From contig OX597820.1 in NCBI GenBank assembly GCA_951406725.2, positions 105,028,001 to 105,092,000 on the forward strand: a DNA stretch of 64,000 nt. The letters run 5' to 3'. A program made the translations under genes and the position numbers. The stretch is from Octopus vulgaris. Taxonomy: Eukaryota. This document shows positions 55,441-64,000 of this stretch, one piece after another (position 1 is the first letter of the stretch; each line of letters begins with the position of its first letter). A model generated the notes under the pieces. That model was not told the origin of the DNA and searched no databases. It saw nothing but the letters and a program-made list of their open reading frames with translations.

Positions 55441-55658
55441 TACCACTGCCTGGTCTTTGTGAACGTTTAGTAAAATGCTCTGTTTTAAACATTTAGGTGG
55501 GGCCTCTGGTATGTTAACTTACTCTCACTAGTCACAGAGGCCCTGAAAATACCACTGCCTGGTCTTTGTGAACGTTTAGTAAAATGCTCTGTTTTAAACA
55601 TTTAGGTGGGGCCTCTGGTATGTTAACTTACTCTCACTAGTCACAGAGGCCCTGAAAA
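55441..55658. repeat. Perfect 2 x 109-bp tandem duplication
   Basis: Unit TACCACTGCCTGG...CAGAGGCCCTGAAAA starts at 55441 and again at 55550. Confidence 0.95.
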
Positions 55659-56218
55659 GAGTTGTAAATGATGTTCTTCCTCCCCCAAGTCATAAAAAAA
55701 AAAAAAAATACAAAATAATTTATCCAATGTTTAGAAATAACAAAGATAATGCATAAAGATCAAACAGGATAAAGTTCAGATGAGCAAGACAGAATAGTTT
55801 AAGGTTATAACTTAGTATGGAACTTACAGCTGTAACATTTTTGTGATAAAGCAACAGTAAAAGAAAATCCATTGACAATAAACAAACAACTTGATCTGGT
55901 TCTAAATAAACTATGAAAGTTTGAAATTTTTGAAAAAGTCAGTTTAAAGAATTAACTCTGAGCAGGAACTAAGGCCATGCCTGCAACTGTGGAGACATAA
56001 TCAGAGATGATCCTAGGTACCTACTAACACAAGGCAGTGAAGGAGCCTCCCCACTACCACTTGACTTACTAGAAATATCAGTCAAATCTCCTTCAAATTA
56101 CACTTTGCCAGTAGTTTTAAGAAAAGAACACATTCAATAATACAGACCTACATAATCCTAAAAAGATGTCATGGAGGAAATGCTCTTGATCATATATCTG
56201 CTCAATCAGAGTTGACCT

Positions 56219-56261
<43 letters not shown>

Positions 56262-57876
56262 CGTGCGTGTGTTTAGAGCTTTGTCACTTTAGAAATAAGA
56301 GATCTTTTAAATGTTTCTTGTGACAAATATTTGTGTGATTATGTAACGTGACATTCACTAAATCGCAATTTTATTTTGACATCATCCATTATGAAGACTA
56401 CAAGAAGGCAGATAGCTGACAATACTTTGATATAAACTTCCACAATATATGCTGTTTCACAAGAAACCCATATAACACAAATATATATATATTTAGACTT
56501 TTATATACGTGCAAACATTACACACACAGATACACACATACACATACTATTGTTACATAATATGCATACACTCAGAAAGACACATATAAACATACATATT
56601 TGCAAATATATGTATACACATGTTCATGCACACACATGCACATAAATATACATATACATGAATTCATTAATAAACACCCACACAAACACACATATACACA
56701 CATCCTCAATTAGCCATTGCCTTTTTAGGGTGTCCAATATAACAGCTGCTAGAGTGATTAGTCACATCACTTCTGCAGTGAACCATTTCTGATATTTCAT
56801 CCTTAATAAAAAATAAAAAAACATACATTAAAAAGCAAGTACTAAAATAGAAAAATCATTTAAAAAAAGAAAAAAAAAATACTATGAATATATAGAATTA
56901 TGCATGAACTCAAGTCATAAAACTTATATACATAGAGTTACTGATAGTCTAGCTTAGATATAGAAGACAATTTTCTCTTTAAAAAAAACAACACATACAC
57001 ATATATGTTTATGTGTGTGTTATTTTATACATATATATAGTTTGTACTTTATTCTACTTGTAACTCCTACGTACCTGTAATATCACTTAAAAACAGTGCA
57101 CTGTTCAAAGCTAACTTTAAAGTAGTGTTTCATTTTACTCACACACATCTATATCGCTTAATGCATACAGTATAAAGATACAAGCCCTAATAATTTCATG
57201 CATTGGAGAGATACGGGTCTAGGCAGACTTTTATAACATGCCTTGTGTCTCCAGGCTATTTTCATGATCTGAGAACATAGAATATTCAATTTACAAATCA
57301 GGATACTGGAACAAGAGACTTCATGAGGAAAAATGTGAAGGTAGATGCAAAAAGTAGAAGGGTGAAAAAACAGAAGAAAAGAAAAGGAAAAAAGAAAATT
57401 AGAATTATGTTGCCTTTGACCATAAAACCATAATATGCTGTGGAATTCAGTCAAGTGGTGGATCAAGAATGTTCAGCTAATATAGTCATATGGACAGATT
57501 TCTTTTGATGAACTGGAGGACATCACCCTCTCTAGATTAAGCAGCTGTCTCACAGACTTTGGGCCCCCCTCCATTGAATTATTCCACAACATCTAGCTTT
57601 ATTATGGTTTTACACATGAAGGAGACATATCTCTGACTTTCCTCTTTTTTTCTTTTTCTTTTTGCCCTTCCACGTTTTGCACCTCTTGCTTCAGCATCCT
57701 GATTTGTAAATTGAATAAGACATGTGCCCAGAGCTTGAAAATTGCTTGGAGACACAGTCATGTTATAAAAACCTGCCTAGACTCATGTCTCCAGTGCATG
57801 AGACTCAGTAATTCGTATGATTTTTATCTGTCACTGGATGGAGTTATTTCATTGATCTTACCATAAAGGAATAGTA

Positions 57877-57931
<55 letters not shown>

Positions 57932-58392
57932 TGGTGTACCAGCATGACCTCAGCCCTGGGCTGAAACAAGTAAAAGATATATATATGCAAAACTTTGATC
58001 TGAAACTGTATGTTCAAAGCAATACACTTATAGTTGGGAAGGAACAGATTTTCTACAGCTTGATGCACTTCCTGCCACACACCCTTCATGTTTCCAAAGC
58101 AAGGTAATATTCAATATTTACCTATGACTGGAAAGGTTTTCGTAGAAGACTGGAAACAAAGGACATCCTTTGTACATCAGTGACATTTATTTACAATCAT
58201 CACAAGTTGTCAAAACAAGGAATATGTGCACATAAACATGTGTTGTTCTTAAAGATTATTTTAGCTGATTATGTATATGCATGCAGGTCAGATGCACTTG
58301 AATTTCCTGCAATGTATTGTAGTATAACAACCTGTTATGAATTGGGCTCTAAATTACTGAGAGCTTATTTTTTGATGTTTATACATCAGTTT

Positions 58393-58463
<71 letters not shown>

Positions 58464-58568
58464 GGAGTAAACACATAAATGTGAAACAAGGTGGAAAAAA
58501 AAAGAGTACTCAAATACCAGTGGTAGAGTAATATGCTTTATTTTAAGCAGCAGAAAATTAAACAAAAT

Positions 58569-58606
58569 CTGTTACTCTGAGTTTCTCGTTGCCGTTCATC
58601 AGACAG
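58569..58606 (-). ncRNA. Identical hammerhead motif on the minus (vinculin-sense) strand
   Basis: Exact reverse complement of 58623-58660. Confidence 0.75.
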
Positions 58607-58622
58607 TTTTTGCTAGCAAAAA

Positions 58623-58660
58623 CTGTCTGATGAACGGCAACGAGAAACTCAGAGTAACAG
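58623..58660 (+). ncRNA. Type I minimal hammerhead motif with canonical CUGAUGA/GAAA core
   Basis: CTGT-CTGATGA-ACG GCAA CGA-GAAA-CTC A GAG-TA-ACAG. GNRA-capped stem II with A.A at 10.1/11.1. Confidence 0.75.
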
Positions 58661-58692
58661 ATTTTGTTGAATTTTCTGCTGCTTAAAATAAA

Positions 58693-58726
<34 letters not shown>

Positions 58727-59790
58727 GTATCTGAGAGACACCACCATGCCGAAATAGTAGTCAAATCCCTGACTCTAAAAACCACCTAAAATGTTCATAT
58801 TGCACCACGAGATAAGACAGAAAGATAAGACAGAAAGATAAGACTTGATAATATCGATATTTAAATATCGATATTATCCTTATTTATAAATTTATATATA
58901 TGTATATATCCACACATGATGAACTTCTTTCAGTTTCTGCATACCAGATCCATGCACAAAGCTTTGGTTCACCTGGATCTACAGAAGACTTGCCTACGAT
59001 GCCAAAACCATGTGTTTCAAAAAGAAACTTCTTAACCATGCAGTCATTCATGTACCTAAAAGTAAACGTTGCAATACCAGGAATCAAACCCAGGCTGCCT
59101 GGATTAAAGTCAGGAAGTATAACTACTGGCATGTAGTAACAAATTTAGTACATTACTTTTATTTGCTGAAGAATTTACTGTTCCATTCCAGTGATCAAAA
59201 TTTAGGAGTTTTCAGATCAAACCTAATTCCAAACCAATCAATGATAATATATCAAATTACTATATATGAAATAATATCTTTATTTAATTAGTATGCAATA
59301 AAAGGGCAAAGCTAATAGACAGTAATTTACAAATGCTATAAGCACTGGCATGCCAGAATACATTCGCAGAAGTTTTCCCACACATATACATAGCTATGTG
59401 TACACATGAATATAATCATGCATTCACTGAAATCATATATACACACACAACTGGCTCTCTATCAGTCACAGTGATGAGTGTTCTAGTTGATCCAAACAAA
59501 GGAACTGCTGGCTTGTGAAATTAAAGTGCAAGTGGCTGAGAATTCCAGACATGTGCACCCTCAATGCAGTTCTCAGAGAAACTCAGCATAACACAAAATA
59601 TGACAAGGCTGGCCCATTGAAATACAGGTGTTCCTCAGTTTTTCCACCTGAGTGAACTGGAGCAACATGAAATAAAGTGTCTTGCTCAAGGAGATAATGC
59701 ACCACCAGGAATCCACCTTAACAGCTTTACAATCAAAAGCCAAATACCCTAACCCCTAAGCCATGTGCCTTCACATATACACATACATAA

Positions 59791-59867
<77 letters not shown>

Positions 59868-60419
59868 CACACACACATCAAGTAGACATAAGTGCTCATT
59901 TAGACTTTCACATACATAGATACTGACATACATGTATTTAATAATATGTACAATTACAAATACATAAAATACATATATAATTAAATTCATATAAGACTAA
60001 TTACATAAAAATTCAATTATATCCATAATTACAAGCATACATACAATCTTCTCCAAGACTATAATATGAAAAAATTCTCAAACAAAACCAGTTCCACAGG
60101 CCAATACTATTTTATCACAACATAACAGGAAAGTCTATTAGTGAATATGTAAGGGAGATAAGGGGAGAAAGACTCTTTTTTTTAATGCTTCAGTAAACTA
60201 AAAGCAAAACGAAAATATATGATTTAAAAAACTACAAAGGGCAATTACATTTTGTAGAAGGGAAAATAATGATTTCTTTGGGTTAGGAACAAAGCCAATA
60301 TACATTACATTTTGTTTTGTTTTAGAGCAGAAGAATATAGTCAATATAAGATAAGACTAGAATCAAAGGAAACTGATGGTGGTCTACATTGGCATGAATT
60401 AATCCATTTAAATTTGTAG

Positions 60420-60650
60420 ATCATCATCATTGTGTTTCAATGTCTATTTTTGCATGAGTCAGACAAGATTCATTCAAGCAGATTTTCTATGGCCTGATAT
60501 CTTTCCTGCCCTGTTGCCAACTCTCAACCATTTCTGAGCAAGGTAATATTTTCCCCATGGTCTGCTACATTTCCATGGGGAATTGGAAATGAAGGACACC
60601 ACTTGTGTGAAGGTGATGCTCATTTTATATCGCTTGCATGATGAGACACA
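60420..60650. repeat. Interspersed repeat family E; copies ~2680-2890, 9905-10110, 35940-36110 (opposite strand), 48590-48740, 58050-58220
   Basis: Shared GCAGATTTTCTA..GCC.GATGCCCTTCC...TGTTTCCAAG.AAGGTAATATTT.CCC..GGCCAGACATGTTTT. Confidence 0.7.
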
Positions 60651-60751
60651 GTATAAAGATTCTTTGGAAAACTTTCTGTATTGTTAGAAGTTTTATTACC
60701 CTTTTTATTTTCTACTTCTGTACTACAATGCTTCAAGCAAACTACAATGTT

Positions 60752-60792
<41 letters not shown>

Positions 60793-60838
60793 TAAGAAAC
60801 AATTATGAACTTTTTTATTACATTTAACTTTTTAAAAT

Positions 60839-60887
60839 ATTTTTGATAAGGTTCGTTTTTTTCAAGAAGAACCGAAACATGTAAAAT
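60839..60887 (+). ncRNA. Type I hammerhead motif with U3-A8 core
   Basis: ATTT-TTGATAA-GGTTC...GAACC-GAAA-CAT-GTA-AAAT. Perfect 5-bp stem II with G10.1-C11.1, palindromic helix III ACATGT, GUA triplet. Lies in a ~160-bp insert between (TA)n runs. Confidence 0.72.
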
Positions 60888-62709
60888 TTCTATGAAAATT
60901 AAAATTTATCTTATATAGTGGCGTTTTCAAACTTCTTTTTTATAAATATATATATATATATATAAAGAGGTGATACATAAAACATCAAAATATATATATA
61001 TCCTGAGCAATTAAGAGCTCGGTTAATATATCATTAAACTTCAATAAATTTGCAGTAAATGCATTGGAAGACACATGTATACACATAAACAATTAAAACA
61101 GTTCTTAAAAGCAATGCCTATTTAGAATGTGCTTTTCTGCATTATACACACACACACATTCACATATCAACGGGTTTATATTTTGAAATGTTTTAACTAA
61201 GGAATGCACAATGAATGCATTTCCAATTATGTAATTTGCAAACCTGAAACATACATATTAAATGATTTGGTTTGATTTCCCTATTACAACCTACGTACAC
61301 ATGCATGCATGCATGCATACATGCATACATACATACATGCATGCATACATACATACATACACACACATACACACACACATACATACACACACACACATAA
61401 TTGGGATTGTTTGAGTTTCTATCTACCAAATCCATTCACAAGAAATTGATTTACCCTGGATTATAGTGGAAGACTCTTACTGAACTCAAAATCTCATGGC
61501 CAAAAAGTGAACTTCTTAACCACAAGACCATGAATGTACTATAAACATAGATTAAAAGAGGGAAATTCACTTTGAGTAATTTAAAATTCAGTACGTTAGA
61601 TAATGTCAGAATTGCAAAAAAGCAACATTATGAGGAATTTTATTTCTCGTCCAAAAGGTTAGATTTTTACTCAGCATAGACTTACATTTTTTTTTTTTTT
61701 TTGTACCTACAAACTTTTATAGTCAATATAACTGACATCAGTCTCTTACACAATGACTGTAACCCATCTGTTAATATATTTCTGTTAAAATACACTGCCT
61801 TTATTTCAATATTTTTTTTTCTTTTAAATAAAGAATTCAGTGAAATAACTGTCATTATTCTAGTGTTTGAAACATCAACTAATATGAAATTTGATATGAA
61901 GTTCTAATTTAGATCATTTCAAAACAAGAAATTTGTTTCATAGAGCCAGAGGGCCTTGACAATTCCACAAAGGAAGAGCTTATTCAATACTGAGTTATGA
62001 TGCAGATAAAGTACTGAACATAGCCCTGATTCTACCAAGCTGAAAAACACAATGATAGAGACAGAGAGCAACCAAGTTAGTGATGTAGTGTTTAACTGAC
62101 AGGAAACTGGTATGATGTGAGATTGATCTACCAAAAGTACATAGCAGACATCTACATCGGAGAGAGAGAATTATTGATAAATCATAAAACAAAGAATAAA
62201 AGTGAGCAACCAATCAGGGAAAAAAAAACTGAGACCCACCATGTGTCTCATAAATCTCTCAGGTTTTCCTTGCATTCAGATGGAAGTATGAATGTACATT
62301 AATATCAGCACCAGTAATACTAATCAAATACATGTTCAGTGATCCATGTACAAGGCTTTCATTTTCTTCAAGCCAAAGAAAATGTGAGATAAATTAACCA
62401 GTTTCCTCTATTCACACACACACACACACGCATACTCATATGCCAACAAAACAGCAACATTTACACATTGAATCAAATGTACCTGGAAAGATAAAGAAAA
62501 GTGGCTGAGAGATAATTTTTTAAAGAATTAAAAAAATCTCGATAAAATAAGAGCAGTGTTGATGGAAGAAAGAAAGGTGTGAAAGAAAAACTACATACGA
62601 ATTGTAGTCATGAAGTCAAGAGAGCACATAAAATGGAGAGCAGAATAATTAATGGCTATCTACCCATCATAACCAGATGAAAAGTTAACTGAACTTCCTT
62701 ATAAACAAT

Positions 62710-62747
<38 letters not shown>

Positions 62748-64000
62748 GCATGGCTTATAGGTGCAAGCATTTTACGTTTGAGGCTCCGATGAGGTGTTAC
62801 TCAGGCACTAAACTAAGAGCTCAACTGCATCTTAGAGTGAAACAGCTGTTCACAAGATAATCCTTCGTTGCTTTGTCATCTGTTTTCGTATTACTGTTGC
62901 TCCATGCTCAACTAAAGCTTCATCCAGAAGCATACATATATCAAGTTCTACACCGGATTATAAGCACCACAATGCCTAAGCGAAATATGTATATAGTCTT
63001 TATAACTGATATAACTGAATAGAGTTGTATGTGTGAGTAACTCACAGCAGCAAGGAAAACTGGATGGATGTGATGGATGTATAATGATGAAACTAAGTAC
63101 ACACATACACACATATATATATATATATATATATTGTCTTCATAATTGAATGGGGCCTCTATGCTTGCACATTTGTATACATTTGCATGTGAATATGTAC
63201 ATAGTTGAACATGTACGTTTGAACTGCATCAGATATATCTCGGCTTTCTAATTAAATTAGTAGCATTTCTCCCACTCTCTCTCTCTCTCTCTCACTCTTC
63301 TTTGCCTCTCCATCACTTCCTCTGTCACTCACTCTTTCTCTTGTCGAACTACATTTCTCTCATCTCTTCTCTCTCTCTTTCCCCTATCTCTCTCTCTCTC
63401 TCTACTGAGCTTCACTGTTGCCTTTTCAGTCATTACATGTCACCCATCTCTTCCCCACTCTCTCCATTAATACTTACATTCCCTCTCCATCCACCTCTTA
63501 CTCTCAGCATTCCCTCATACAAGCATTATGTAGATATTTTAGTCTCAGATTTCAGGAAGTCAGAACTTGTTTTAGCAATAGGATGATTGAGTAGAAGAAA
63601 AAAAGGAAGAAAAAAGAGAATGTAAAATTGAGAGAGAGAGAGAGAGAGAGAATGACAAAACAACTATAAAACAAACACAAATAAATCAATATAATAGTAA
63701 TTTATGTTTGTTGATGTTGTTTTTAGTCCCAAGTCATCCCTCACACAGAAGACTTATGATCAAAGCCATTCCAGCCATAACTATTCTGCCTTTTTAGAAA
63801 TATCCATGACTATGCATTATCCGATGTACCTTTCTTTGTTTACAGTTGAAGTCTGATTTGAAGGATACTTGGCTGTTATTTCTGACTGGTCAAGAGACCA
63901 TATAGAGAAGCCTTTGTTGAAATGATTTTAAAATTTTGATTAGGCACCGGATGTCAGTGTGTTACTGAAGCAAATTTGAAAGCCAGTGATGCACACATAT

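Larger units (their letters stand above)
58462..58698. mobile_element. Fold-back element in (TA)n: ~70-bp leader plus 168-bp spacerless palindrome with two outward-facing hammerhead motifs
   Basis: Palindrome 58531-58698 centred on 58614/58615 with 2 mismatched pairs by my count. Same family as 31398. Confidence 0.85.

Noticed and set aside
58724-58770. CTGAGAG...GAAATAGTAGTC as a hammerhead
   Set aside because: The core is CUGAGAG rather than CUGANGA, and stem II does not pair.

Overview
This is AT-rich, microsatellite-dense animal DNA. The SINE/RTE repeat landscape looks like an octopod cephalopod (inference from repeat families recognised by eye). The only host coding sequence I can support is two exons of a minus-strand vinculin gene (30927-31034 and 18628-18799, canonical AG/GT). 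I did not find exon 1 or the next downstream exon, so the rest of the window appears intronic. The introns hold decayed mariner, Helitron, Gypsy, RTE and RLE-type LINE remnants, several SINE families, and TTAA- and TA-targeting MITEs. The most striking unexplained signal is a set of small inserts within or next to (TA)n runs that carry type I hammerhead-ribozyme motifs, probably derived from Penelope-like elements. Three are fold-back palindromes with a hammerhead on each strand. Three unrelated loci (one of them a palindrome) share the compensatory U3-A8 core UUGAyAA. One further motif has a ~100-nt structured stem II. Exon and ribozyme coordinates were counted base by base; repeat boundaries are approximate. 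No database search or folding program was run.
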